A DNA stretch of 64,000 bases, from contig OX597823.1 of the NCBI GenBank assembly GCA_951406725.2, positions 83,824,001-83,888,000 of the forward strand, in the 5' to 3' direction. The notes under the pieces were generated by a model. That model was not told the DNA's origin. It did not search any database and worked only from the letters and a program-made list of their open reading frames with translations. Numbering within the stretch: position 1 is the stretch's first letter; each line of letters begins with the position of its first letter. A program made the position numbers and the translations under genes. This stretch comes from Octopus vulgaris (Eukaryota). Shown one piece after another: positions 1 through 11,600 of this stretch.

Positions 1-114
1 AAGAGTCACTGCTTGGGCTTTCTTTTTGAAACTGTACTTGACGACACGTCGCACAACCATTTCATTAAGAATGTCATATCCAATACTTTTTGTATCATCC
101 CCATTAATCTCGAA

Positions 115-597
115 ACCAGTTGAGGTTCCGCTGACTATGTCGCAGAGGGATGAGTCTGCTTCGAATGGAAACTTCCATTCAATGAAGGACAGCAGTTAGC
201 TACAGTAACTACTGTCCCTTGGTTGCCGAGCTTGCGATGTGTTTTTATGCTGTTCACTCGTCTCGTACGTGATGGATGTCAGCTGTTGCATTGCCATGTT
301 TACTTCTGCACAGGCTGACCTTGAAAGACACCAGCCCAGTCTTTGTGTTTCCGTCATTCTTATTCCTCTAGTGAGTCCTCTAATCGTCTTCAGACTTCTC
401 ATTAGTACCTGTTGGACCACCATGTCTGGAGGCAACCCAAACCAAGATGGCCACTCCTCCTGACTACATATAGTCCCTGGACAAACTTGGCAAACAAAGG
501 ACAGTAGTTACTGTAGCTAATTGCTGTCCTTCATTGATTGAAGGACTCCATTCGAAGCAGACTCATCTCTCTGCAACATAGCGGAACATCAACTGGT
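115..597. repeat. ~110-bp inverted duplication (115-227 vs 489-597)
   Basis: The reverse complement of 115-227 (ggcaaccaagggacagtagttactgtagctaa...gcggaacctcaactggt) matches 489-597 (ggcaaacaaaggacagtagttactgtagctaa...gcggaacatcaactggt) with a few substitutions and a 3-bp gap. Confidence 0.9.
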
Positions 598-1624
598 AGA
601 CATTTGTGTGTGTGTGTGTGTGTGTGGCTTCTAGTTTTGCTATCTTCTGCAGATAGAGGTGCAATGACTTCGCGTACATTTTATGGCCGGAGATAGCTAA
701 GTACGGAATCATGGTTGCGATTGGGTGAATGATCTCATGATGTCTATCGTCCCCATGTATAGCAGCCACAGACGTGCAGTACAGTAGCTCGATTCCAACA
801 TGTCCTTGTGTGTCTCAAGTTTCTTTTGAAGATTCTGCAGGTACAAAGATTCTACATCATTGAGCATTTCACCAGAGAAGAGATCATCATAGAGGTTCCC
901 TATTGTCCCCAAATCCATTGTCATTAGATAAAGCCAACTTGATCCCCAAGAGAAGTGTGTAAGGATGGAACCTACAAGGAGATGACCACCAATGGCACAA
1001 GCAGCTGCGGTTTCAGTTAATATATGGGTAACAGTGTTCCCAGCGAAGATCACCTCCAAGATTTCTTGAAGGCCTGTTCCTCTCATCAAGTACCCAGTGC
1101 TACCTAGAAACCTTATTAGTGTGTGAAATACCCCAAGTCTTAAAACAATTGGATGTAGATCACTGTTCTCTTCAGGACTTTCCACAATTGTAGTTTCCTT
1201 GAACCACAAAGGCTGGTCAAAAATGAGAAATGGTGTTGCTCCATAGCGCTTGGCATGCCCTGCAACGAAGTGTGAAGTTGAGTTGTCACATATCATGTCA
1301 TTTGGGTTCATATCAACCATGGGAAGGAACATGGTGGATGACTGTCCTGGGTGGTCTCCGTTGTTTATTATTTGTATGTATCCATACTATGCTGGTCTTG
1401 ATAACCGGATAGACAGGGACGTTTTCCACAAGAGATCTACATTTAGACTTTCCCTGTCTTTGGGTTCCTCTGGTAGCTTCACACTTGATATTAGCAAGTT
1501 CATCACCAAGTGATATGAATTTCTTAATGCTGACGTATCCTGCTGCAGCGATCTCTTCTGCAGTCACAGACACACGTTTTACCACTGAGGTGCCAACACA
1601 TTTGGGTGTTACAGATGCTATAAT

Positions 1625-1860
1625 ACCTATTTCTTTATTACCCACAAGGGGCTAAACATAGAGGGGACAAACAAGGACAGACATAGGTATTAAGTCGATT
1701 ACACCGACCCCAGTGCGTAACTGGTACTTATTTAATCGACCCCGAAAGGATGAAAGGCAAAGTCGACCTCGGCAGAATTAGAACTCACAACATAAGGGCA
1801 GACGAAATACTGCTAAGCAATTCGCCCGGCGTGCTAACGATTCTGCCAACTCGCCGCCTT
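1625..1860 (-). mobile_element. tRNA-derived SINE, family 1, tail type A (ends ...AAAGAAATAGGTAT), full length
   Basis: A-box-like TGGCAGAATCGTTAG, B-box-like GTTCTAATTC, central GCCTTTCATCCTTTCGGGGTCGAT domain; 13-bp TSD atgctataatacc at 1615-1627 and 1861-1873. Confidence 0.92.
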
Positions 1861-2809
1861 ATGCTATAATACCAATGTAGTGGAATGTCCCAGAGCCTAG
1901 TCAAGAGTCCTAGTGTCATGAATCACGTTGTCGACCGTCACAACCTTTACCATCCAGTATGACTGTTGCTCCATCTGTCACTTTCTTGTTACAAAATACG
2001 CAGTTTGCCATGATGACCATGAAAAGAAAATAGTTGAATATTAATATAGGCCTAAAGACAGACGTTATGGGAAAACCTACATGTAGTTATGAATACTACT
2101 ACCTATACTGATGTCATACATGTAGTACAAACATCTCAGTTTTAGAATCCAATACTTGGACATGCCATATCATACACACTTCTTATACCAATCGTATAGC
2201 GCATACATGCCGGTTAAGGGTTAAGGTGGGGTGAGACTATCCGTGGTAAGGGGATAGGGCAGCCCTAAATCTCTTGGCAGACATTTTCATGTGTAAGATA
2301 TACGAGAAAAACATAGGTTAGAACATAAGAAGTGGTGCGCTGCCTGTCTGTACCTTGGTCGTCTAATACTGAAATCCCGAAGTTCACCCCCGAAAAAAAT
2401 ATTTTGTTCCATTCAAAAGATTTTGTAGGACATTTAGTATAAAATGAAAGATATCCTACTGAGCAAATCTGAATAGGTTATATTTGTGTTGCTATTAGTG
2501 GTGGTTTCTGGGGAATATCAGCTAATTTGACTGGACTAAGCGGGCGAACGGACAAGCAGATTGTTATATAGGTTTTCAAATGACTGAGACGCAACTGTGA
2601 AAATTCAGCGGGATTTGAACTTGAGACGGAGTGACATAAATTCTTATGCTCAAATGCTTTCGTAATTTTAAAATATTCTAATCTCCATTTTTCGGTCGCC
2701 ATCACTTTCTTACAGAGATAAACACCCGTCCACTGATGAACTCTACCAAAGCACATAAATGGCTTGCAACTAGGGCGATTTGTAGTAAACAGGAATCACA
2801 GTCAAGAAT

Positions 2810-3484
2810 ATGTCCAAGAAATTACTGGCGACACACAATTCTACAATAGTGTTAAATAGTTCAGTGGAGCGGCCGACGTATCATGTAATGATAAAAGAAG
2901 CCATTTCGTTTTTAAATGAACGTAAAGGGTCATCTCGCCAGGCTATTAGCAAATATATTGAATCGACGTATTATTTATCGTCAGTCGATAAAAGTGTACA
3001 AAGTCGTCTAAAGATGAGCTTAGTTCGAGGTGTTGACAAAGGTTATTTCCATCAAACAAGTGGCAAAGGCGCTAACGGTTCGTTCAAACTTACTAAAGAG
3101 GAGCCAAAGAGAAAAGCGGAAACTAAACCCAAGAAAGAAGTAACTGCTAAGGAAAGTAAACCGAAAAATGTTACAACAAAGAAAATCAAAAAGTCTCCTG
3201 AGAAACCCGAAGTGTCTCCCGTGAAATCTAAGGAGAAACCCTTACCAAAACTCAAAATCAAGTCTGTGCCCTTAAAGAAATCGGGTAGCGACGTTTCCAC
3301 CCCGAAGAGTATAAAAAAAATGGCAAGGTTGAAAGGTAAGCTTTCCAATAGTGGGAAGACTATAAAACCAACATTGTTACAGTTAACTCCTCACAAAAAA
3401 CGAGATAAGCGTTTAACTAAAATCTTAACTCCTAAAAAAGTGGTCATTAATCCAAGACCGAAAAAGTATATTGGAAATCGTTAA
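2810..3484 (+). CDS. H1: Linker histone H1 (H1/H5 family), intronless, 224 aa, divergent variant
   Basis: Winged-helix globular domain RPTYHVMIKEAISFLNERKGSSRQAISKYI...LKMSLVRGVDKGYFHQTSGKGANGSFKL, followed by a Lys-rich tail with S/T-P-x-K motifs (SPEK, SPVK, TPHK, TPKK). ORF is intact from ATG to TAA. Confidence 0.93.
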   Translation: MSKKLLATHNSTIVLNSSVERPTYHVMIKEAISFLNERKGSSRQAISKYIESTYYLSSVDKSVQSRLKMSLVRGVDKGYFHQTSGKGANGSFKLTKEEPKRKAETKPKKEVTAKESKPKNVTTKKIKKSPEKPEVSPVKSKEKPLPKLKIKSVPLKKSGSDVSTPKSIKKMARLKGKLSNSGKTIKPTLLQLTPHKKRDKRLTKILTPKKVVINPRPKKYIGNR

Positions 3485-4907
3485 GTTTGCAAAGCACCCC
3501 ACTACAACAAAAACTCATTTGAAAAATTTCATCTGAATATGACGGTTTCTGAGGATATATATTTATATATGTGAAATATATTGTGCGCTTGTATTAAAAT
3601 CAAATTTCATGAAATAATGTTTATCTTAACATTTGAAAGAATAGTTGTTTCGAAACTTTGTTGCTGTGTTCATTTTAAAACTATTTCAAAAACTTTTTCA
3701 AAAAATTTTTCAATGTAGATTGGTTTTTGGAAAACCCTTTCAGCATTCTCGAACTTACTACTTCAGGAATCAATTTTAAACGTAAAAACTAAACCGAATT
3801 TTAAGAACTTTTTTTTTTTTTTTAAATAATAAAACCAAACCCATATTCTTCCAGGAAATAAAAGTATAATGCACATTTTTTAAAAATCTTTTTGGAGAGT
3901 CGCATTTCACGTTATTGGTTACCCCATAAAACAAGCCCAGTATGTAGCTGAAGCACCGATTAAAGTTTCAAAAACCTTGAAATTTATATTTTCATATTCA
4001 TTCCTGTTATTTGCACAACTATGTAAAATGAAAAATAAAACAAATTTTGATACTCGCTAGATTTTATTTAGGTTTCCTCATTTGCATTCTAGTCCCATCG
4101 ATGTCTACTTAAACTCTCGTCCTCTTGTAGGCTCGATAAACATTGATCCTTCAAACCCTAATTTGAAGGAGCTGAGGCGAGTAGTTAGGGTGTTATATAC
4201 CAGATCGTGGTTCGGATTCCTAGAGCGGGCTGTGTGTTTTGATTTTTTGACAAAAAGTCCTTAACATGAGAGTATGAACATCACCGAATTCCAGATTTTA
4301 ACTCTGAGCCAGAAAGTACGCCTTTGTAGACATGATTTCGTTTCAGTCACCATCCCCTTCAAGAGGCAAAAGCCAGCAGCCGCATGGTTTTCAGTTTACG
4401 ACTGAATATAACTTGTCTGGTTAGCGAGCCGTTAGCAGAAAGCCATCTGACCGCCCACTCTTGCATCATCTAGGTTTATAGTCAAACGATATGGCGCTCA
4501 CTAAAACCTACTGCATGGTTCAAAGGTTTCAATAGCATTGTGTCTGACTGGAGAAAGTCAAATGCAGACTCCTTTTGGATTCACTTCAATGACTAGTATG
4601 AATCCATTTGCTTCCTTCCATTGAGGAAATAAAAACAATAACTTTCACCCTTCTATAATTGAAACCTAAAATGTATAAGAGATTGCTTTTTACACGGTTT
4701 CTAAAGATTGTACAAGTGCTATGAAATGCAATCGCCAGTAATACGTGAATGTAGAGAAATCTAGTTTGATATCGTTTTCGAGGTAAAACAAAAAGGAATC
4801 AAAGACTTAGAAAGGCAGAGCTGGAATGGATTTTGGAGGAATAAATTGAGGTACAGAAACGTTAGTTTATCGATAATACAGTTCAATATTTAAGAGATGA
4901 GGAATTA

Positions 4908-5294
4908 GGTACATTATTTACATTCGACGGATATTTGTCCTCATCTTGTTAACACAACGTTTGGGCAGATATACCCTTGGCCTTCTTCAGTTGACTTGGG
5001 GGAATTTCGAACCTGGGTTCTCATTCCTACGGTTTTTTTTTTTTTTTTTTCGATGTTATTGTTCAGGTCACTGCTCGGAATCGAACTCGGAATCTTGGGC
5101 TGCTAACCCCAAGATTCTGAGTTCGACTCCAAGCAGTGACCTGAACAATAATAATGACAAAAAAAGCCTTAGGAATAAGAACCCAGGTTCGAAATTCCCC
5201 AAGTCAACTGAAGGCTGGAGGGTATATCAGCCGAAATTTTGTGTTAACAACAAACAAGATGAGCACAACTGTCCATCAAATGAAAATAGTGTAT
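4908..5294. repeat. ~390-bp imperfect palindrome made of two inverted Penelope-like terminal segments
   Basis: Arms 4908-5099 and 5107-5294 are reverse complements (e.g. ttattgttcaggtcactgct / agcagtgacctgaacaataa; gaatttcgaacctgggttct / agaacccaggttcgaaattc). Each arm has a degenerate hammerhead-like motif (ctga-aggctg..cagccgaaa; on minus strand ctgaagaaggc..gcccaaacgtt). Confidence 0.8.
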
Positions 5295-5385
5295 CAGTTT
5301 ATCGCATCACGCCTTTTCTCCTCCTGTCTAATTCATGCTTCTTTGTGTGCATATGTATGCACGTGTATGTATATGTGTATATATT

Positions 5386-5431
<46 letters not shown>

Positions 5432-5454
5432 TACTCACACGCATCTTTTGTCAT

Positions 5455-5760
5455 CGGGCAGCTGACATGTTGGGCAAATGTCTTCGAATATAATGCCTTG
5501 TGAGTGAATTAAGTAAACGGGAACTGTATGGAAGTCGACCGCGTATGATTTATGTGTGTGTCACTTCGTCATCATTGCTTGACAAACGTTATTGGTTTAT
5601 TTACGCTTCTGTAACTGAGCGTTTCAGCAACAAAAAACTGATAGAATAAGTGTCGGGTTTTAAAAAAATTGTACTGGGGTATGCATTCGACTAAAAATTC
5701 TTCAATGCGGTAACTCAGCTTGGCCGCAGTCTAATGACCGAAAGAAATAAAAGCTATAAA
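5455..5760 (+). mobile_element. SINE family 2, old degenerate copy
   Basis: tgggcaaatgtctt, gccttgtgagtg, gatagaataagt and ggccgcagtctaatgaccgaaa match family-2 consensus blocks. Confidence 0.7.
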
Positions 5761-6529
5761 GAAGCAAGTAACTATAAAATTGTTTATGCATTTATTTCGA
5801 AGACATCAGATGTCTGAGAGGAACTGTATAAAATTCTCACTCTGGAATCGAAATCTTAGCTGAATCTAAACGGCGCACAAAGTTAATATTCTATGTTGTT
5901 CACTATTGACTTTCTTAAGACATTATTCATGAAGAACATAAACTCGGTGATTAGAAGGATTAAAAAAATAAATCGAAAATGAATCTAAAAGAATTTAAAA
6001 AAAAAGACTAACTTGTAGAGCGTTCAGTACAACGGAAAATAAATCGAAAGAGACAATAAATTGTACAAAAGAACGCGAGCTGATAATACACAGGAAGGAA
6101 GATTAGATGGAAGTTTTAATAATGGATAAATTGCTTCTTCAATAAATTCCTATCCATTATCAGCTAACAGATAAAATACTGACAGATCATAAAACCAAAA
6201 ACTGCTATTTTAAAATAAATATTTTTTTTAACAAAAATTAGTTTTAAAGTTTATTACGTATTTTTTTTAGAACTATGCTCGGGGCAGTTTTAATAATTAT
6301 ACACTGGGTCATCCTACAAAAAAAAATATTAATGTAATTATTCTTTTGAACGTTTTTGAATTTTCTTTAACATTCCTTGTTTTTCTTTTGTTTTTGCGTC
6401 AAAGTGAACTCGACTACTTTCAAACAAGGAATGATAGAGGGAGAGTAGAAATTACCGAGAGATGTATTCTACATAAAAATAAAGTCATTGATATTGGTGT
6501 AGGGAGCTTAAATATTTTAATAAAAAAGC

Positions 6530-6900
6530 TGCGTGGTAAGAGTCTTGTTTTCCAACCTCATGGTTCCAGGTTCAGTCCCACTGCGTGGCACTTTGGGCAC
6601 GGATCTTCTGCTATAGCCTCGAGCCAATCAGTGCTTTGAGTGGATATGGTAGACGGAAACTGAAAGAATCTCGTCATACACATATATATGTGTGTGTCAT
6701 TGTGTTTGTTTCCTCCATGGCCTGAAAACTGGTGTTTGTGTGTTTATATCCCCCATAGATGCAAACATACCAACATTTCGGCAAACGGAACCGATAGAAT
6801 AAGTACTAGGCTTAAAAGTCCTGGGGTCGCTTTGTTCAACTAAAAAACCCTTCAAACGGTGCTCCACCATGGCTGCATTCAAATGATTGCAAAACGTAAA
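6530..6900 (+). mobile_element. SINE family 2 (tRNA head, CORE-like CCTTGGGCAAGTG block, internal TA/TG microsatellite, CR1-like tail)
   Basis: ggttcagtcccactgcgtggcactttgggca head; ggtagacggaaactgaaagaa; tail cggtgctccaccatggctgca. Confidence 0.85.
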
Positions 6901-7579
6901 GGAATTTAAGAAGAATTATTTGATGGATGGTTAGTTCTGGCAAAAGGAACAAGGATATAACCCTTGAATTTAAATTAGTTTGGACTCGTACATACTGTTG
7001 AAAGTTATCTGAGTTTCAGCAAGAATACTGCTAATGTGAACATGTTTCGGCCTAGTTTGATTTCTACTGCGAAGCAATCCCTTAATAGTCCTTTCTAAAT
7101 CGTAGGTGACGTATTTTGGACAGATAAAAAAATAAGTCTGTAGGGTATTACACTAAGACTCATTCCGCAGGATAAGCAGACAGCTAAGCGATAGGGGCGA
7201 CTAAAATACTTCATTTACTGGAGCAAAAATATTGATTTAAATTGCATACACATAAAACAAAAATAATCCACTAGCTTAAGGATTAGCTTCGATGAGGCAA
7301 GGCATTTTTAAAGTTATCACATGTTTATTTACTCCCCCCAAAATGTTTCGTTCTTTACATATGCAGAATTGTGTGTGCGTGTCAGAAAAGATGACACAGG
7401 CACACCAATGATGGTTATGGTATGAACTTCATTTGCTTACAACTGTTTTTGCTATAAGAAGCGGTGAGCTCTTGACGGCATCCTATAGCAGAAATAACTG
7501 TAAGCCAATGAAGTTTATAATATTGTTCTTTTTTTCTGTCATCTCTTTTTCTTACCGCTATATACTCATCTAACACTTA

Positions 7580-7972
7580 CTTACTCTTTTACTTGTTTCA
7601 GTCATTTGACTGTGGCCATGCTGGAGCACCACCTTTAGTCGTGCAAATCGACCCCAGGACGTATTCTTTGTAAGCCTAGTACTTATTCTATCGGTCTATT
7701 TTACCGAACTGCTAAGTTACGGGGACGTAAACATAACAGCATCGGTTGTCAAGCGATGTTGGTGGGCACAAACACAGACACACAAACACACATACATATA
7801 CACATATATACAACGGGCTTCTTTTCAGTTTCCGTCTACCAAATCCACTCACAAGGCTTTGGTCGGCCCGAGGCTATAGTAGAAGACACTTGCCCAAGGT
7901 GCCACGCAGTGAGACTGAACCCGGAACGATGTGGTTGGTAAACAAGCCACTTAACACAGCCACGCCTGCGCC
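7580..7972 (-). mobile_element. SINE family 2, near full length
   Basis: All consensus blocks in reverse orientation, from the tail ttttacttgtttcagtcatttgactgtggcc to the head acagccacgcctgcgcct. Confidence 0.9.
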
Positions 7973-8027
7973 TACTTCTGAAACATATCATGTTCTACCC
8001 CAGGTTATTAATCTCGCAATAATTAAG

Positions 8028-8062
<35 letters not shown>

Positions 8063-8731
8063 GTATGCATGATCCTGGTATTTATGCTCACTACATTACT
8101 TACGCTTTGGTGGTGTATCCGTTCCATAATATTATTTGTATCCACACATATGTGCTGGAGTAGCTGTTGTCTATTGAACTGAATATAGTAAATATTTCCT
8201 GCAGACCAACCGTGTGATAAAATGCAATATCACTACTGACAGGCAAGATTTGAAATCCATCATTCATCACTAAAATTAATTACTATTACCATCTGTGTCA
8301 CCCTTACAGACCAGCTAATATCTCAATAATATTACTTAATAGTTACAACGGTGGTTTCAAATTTTGGTGCAACGCAAGTAATTTAAGAGGATGGGGGTTC
8401 GTTGCAGGCTTATGCTATGATTTAAGTTTGAATGTTTACGAAAAAGGATTAAAGTCACATTCTAATATTATATATTTGAGAGGATAAATTTCGTTTATTA
8501 GCCATCATTAGTCATGTCCACGCATCATCTTGCAAGAAGCAGATCAAATGTATAAAAGTTTCTCCTACACAGTAGAGAAATAAACCTTGCTAGTTCGTTG
8601 TATCATAAAGCTGATAGAATATTTTGCTGTTGTATTGCTTTTGATGTATACTTAACAGTAATTTATTGAATAAACATATCACATTATATATAACGAAGAA
8701 ACTGTGATGTAGTGAATTGGCAAGTGAACAT

Positions 8732-8937
8732 CTACGAAGGGGTCATGAAAAGTTTCTGGCTTTAAGGAAGGCTTGGTTGGAGGCCCAGTCTTCCGATTTC
8801 TTTTACAGAAATTAAGAAAAACTGAAGGACCGTTGCAATAAGTGTGTGAACCCGAGAAGAATATGGTGAATAAAATCATAATTAACTGATCCTCCTGTAT
8901 TTTACCCAGAGCAGGAACTTTTTAGTACTTTTTCGTA
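8732..8937. mobile_element. Mariner-type MITE
   Basis: Termini tacgaaggggtcatgaaaagtttctggcttt / agagcaggaactttttagtactttttcgta. The internal aaaatcataattaactgatcctcctgtatttt recurs inverted at 56271-56378. Confidence 0.6.
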
Positions 8938-9751
8938 TGTGGTTATTTGATCTGCTGAAAGGTAAAGCCAAATCTCCCTTCATTCATACTTTACTTTCTT
9001 AATAAAGGAACCAAATCATTGAATATGTAGTCTTAGATGCACTTAAAAATACGGAATGTTTACAGGCAGAAAGTTTTATTACTAATCTGTTCAACCAGAG
9101 ATCATTTAGAGGGTGAAACAACGATAGGAATTTTCCAATATTCATGACGCCCACAAATGTATATGGATAAGATATATCTATTCAATATGTACTCACTGAC
9201 TTCGGGTGAAGGTCTAATCTTACATATTCATAAAGATAGTGAATGCAAAGCTTCTTTTAACACAGCTATTAAGTGTAAAGCACAAATAGTGAAATTGTTT
9301 CAACTATAAATCGGATTCGAAGATCACGGCCTCTGTATATTTATTCATTTTATACAAGATAATGAAGTCGTATTCATAACAGACGGAACACATTTATACT
9401 TAGACTTGTTATAAACAACTGGAATTAAAATGCAACTTATTGGAAGCAGATAAAGCGTGCAATGTTAGTAATAAATAAAACTACCATGATTTCCAGTTTC
9501 TTTTACAACTTCGTGCTAAATGCACTCGTCACAGGTTCTCTTAAAAACATTGTAATTCTTATAGAAAGAAGTGGAGGAATATTAGAAACGAACAGAGATT
9601 AATAGTAATGTTCCCGATAGCGAAGGCGCAACGAAATCACTATACTATAGTTCTTTTCTTTTTTTTTTAATAAATATTTTATATTTTCCGTGTTAACTTT
9701 AAACAAAGGATAATTCATTCATTCATATATAAATATATATATATATGTATG

Positions 9752-9783
<32 letters not shown>

Positions 9784-9794
9784 AATGAATGAAT

Positions 9795-9990
9795 GACAGA
9801 ATCGTTAGCACGCCGGGAAAAATGCTTCGCGGCATTTCGTCTGTATATATGTTGTGTGGTCGACTTTGCCTTTCTTTTCGGAATCAATAGACTATGTACC
9901 AGTTGAACACTGGGGTCGATGTAATCGACTTACCATCCCACCCGCCGCGGACCTGCTGGCTTTGTGCCAAAATATGAAGCTTATATTATG
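9795..9990 (+). mobile_element. SINE family 1, tail type C (GGCCTTGTGCCAAAATTTGAAACC-like), degenerate
   Basis: cagaatcgttagcacgccggg head, gtcgactttgccttt body, tggctttgtgccaaaatatgaa tail. Confidence 0.8.
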
Positions 9991-10039
9991 CAATAATATA
10001 GTCCATTCATTCATCTTCTCTGCCAATAATTCTTGGGAA

Positions 10040-10600
10040 ATGAGCTAAGGTAGTCTACAGGCACTTCCACCATAAGGTGCTGTCTGAAGCAACGACCATT
10101 GCACTTTCCGGCTGGATTTTCAAACGTAACTAACTGAGACTATTGATATTATCCAACCGTATCGTCCGTAATCAAACCATAGGTCTTTCGTCAATTTGCT
10201 CGGCTTGAATCTGTCATGCGATCCTTTCCTGCGACACTCTAATCACATGTCCTTAATACCTATTTCTTTACTACCCACAAGGGGCTAAACACAGAGGGGA
10301 CAAACAAGGGCAGACAAACGGATTAAGTCGATTACATCGATCCTCAGTGCGTAACTGGTACTTAGTTTATCGACCCCGAAAGGACGAAAGGTAAAGTCGA
10401 CCCGGCGGAATTTGAACTTAGAACGTAACGGCAGACGAAATACCGCTAAACATTTCGCCCTGCGTGCTAACGATTCTGCCAGCTCACCGCCTTCATAATA
10501 CCGAAACTGTGATCTCTCAGTTCGGAGAAGAAGCGGCATGGTCTGGAGAGACACCCTGATCTCCAAGTTACGCGCCCTCGAGTAACATTACTCCATAATT
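10040..10600 (-). pseudogene. RTE-type LINE C-terminal remnant, split by a family-1 SINE
   Basis: Minus strand reads ..NLEIRVSLQTMPLLLRTERSQFRY | *GHVIRVSQERIA*QIQ..RP...RTIRLDNI across the SINE, resembling the RTE ORF end (LRWFGHV.R..ER). Confidence 0.65.
10257..10493 (-). mobile_element. SINE family 1, tail A, full length
   Basis: Consensus match; TSD taatacc at 10254-10260 and 10496-10502. Confidence 0.92.
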
Positions 10601-10939
10601 AATTCGAACATAAAGACGTTACTATCAGGAACAAAATTTCTTATTGCTGACTTAAGCTCCCTTTTACATTTTTTCCAGCACACCTCCAAGCGGAAATTGA
10701 TATTGGCATTTCAAATATTTTCCCTCATACGTGTAGAGGCTGATCTCTGTTGTTTGGCAATTGCTGTAGCTGAATATCGTTTATGAAAAGTTTCCCTTGA
10801 AGTCATAGGCAGGTTTATTATTTCTTTATACCGAAAAGACGGATAGTGACATCGAAGTTTCAGCTTACCAGCCCTCACCGGTTTGCCGAATGATAAGTGT
10901 TTAGCCGAAACTCCAATATTTTATGTGTACAAATTTACA

Positions 10940-11260
10940 GGCACAGTCATGGCTGTATAATAAGAAGCTTGCTTCGCAACCACATGGTGCCTAGTTCAGA
11001 CCCACTCTGTAGCACCTAGGAAAAGTGTTTAATATAGCTTCAAGCCGACCAAAGCCTTGTGAGTGGATTTGGTAGATGGAAACTGAAAGAAGGCTGTCGT
11101 ATATATGTATATATATGTGTCTTTGTATTTGTCCAACATCACCGCTTGGCAACCGGTGTTAGCGTGTTCACGTCCTCGTAACTTAGCTTTGCAAAAGAGA
11201 CCCGTAAACCAGGCTTCATTCTACTAAAAATTATCCAAGGTGGTGCCCCAGTACAACTGC
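10940..11260 (+). mobile_element. SINE family 2, degenerate
   Basis: ggcacagtcatggctgt head; gccgaccaaagccttgtgagtggatttggtagatggaaactgaaagaa. Confidence 0.8.
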
Positions 11261-11282
11261 TATCTTTTTCTTTGGTTCACTC

Positions 11283-11600
11283 ATTTACTTGTTTCAGTCA
11301 TTTGACTGCGGCCATGCTGGAGCACCGCCTTTAGTCGAGCAAACGACACCAGGACTTATTCTTTGTAAGCCTAGTACTTATTCTATCGGTCTCTTTTGCC
11401 GAACCGCTAAGTTACGGGGCAGTAAACACACCAACATGGGTTGTCAAGCGATGTTAGGGGGACAAACACACACACACACACACATATGCATATATACGAC
11501 GGGCTTCTTTCCAGTTTCCGTCTACCAAATCCACTCACAAGGCTTTGGTCAGCGCGAGGCTATAGTGGAAGACACTTGCCCAAGGTGTCTTGCCCACTCC
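11283..11600 (-). mobile_element. SINE family 2, tail-to-tail with the previous copy, head internally deleted
   Basis: Reverse-orientation tail acttgtttcagtcatttgactgcggccatgctggagcaccgcc through gaagacacttgcccaaggtg. Confidence 0.88.

Larger units (their letters stand above)
1..1960 (-). pseudogene. Decayed large transposase-like ORF of an invertebrate DNA-transposon-like family (DNV..D / FDQPL / RLG.FH / D.V.(E)Q.LMR motifs); frameshifted, runs off the window start
   Basis: Minus-strand ORF pieces 1313-1645, 709-1332, 563-769 and 196-435, plus 1-195 and 1874-1960, join colinearly: VDNVIHDTRTLD..GTFHYIGIIASVTP, PMVDMNPND, IFDQPLWFK, IVLRLGVFHT, SGHKMYAKSLHLYLQ, DMVVQQVLMRSLKTIRGLTRG, YSFKKKAQAVTL. 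It has stops and frameshifts and is interrupted by a SINE at 1625-1860. Superfamily is not assigned. Confidence 0.7.

Noticed and set aside
3052-3348. Hydrophobic 98-aa antisense ORF
   Set aside because: Shadow of the Lys-rich H1 tail.
10855-10915. Hammerhead-like motif (also 38910-38945)
   Set aside because: Catalytic boxes are mutated and stems are poor; within chance expectation.
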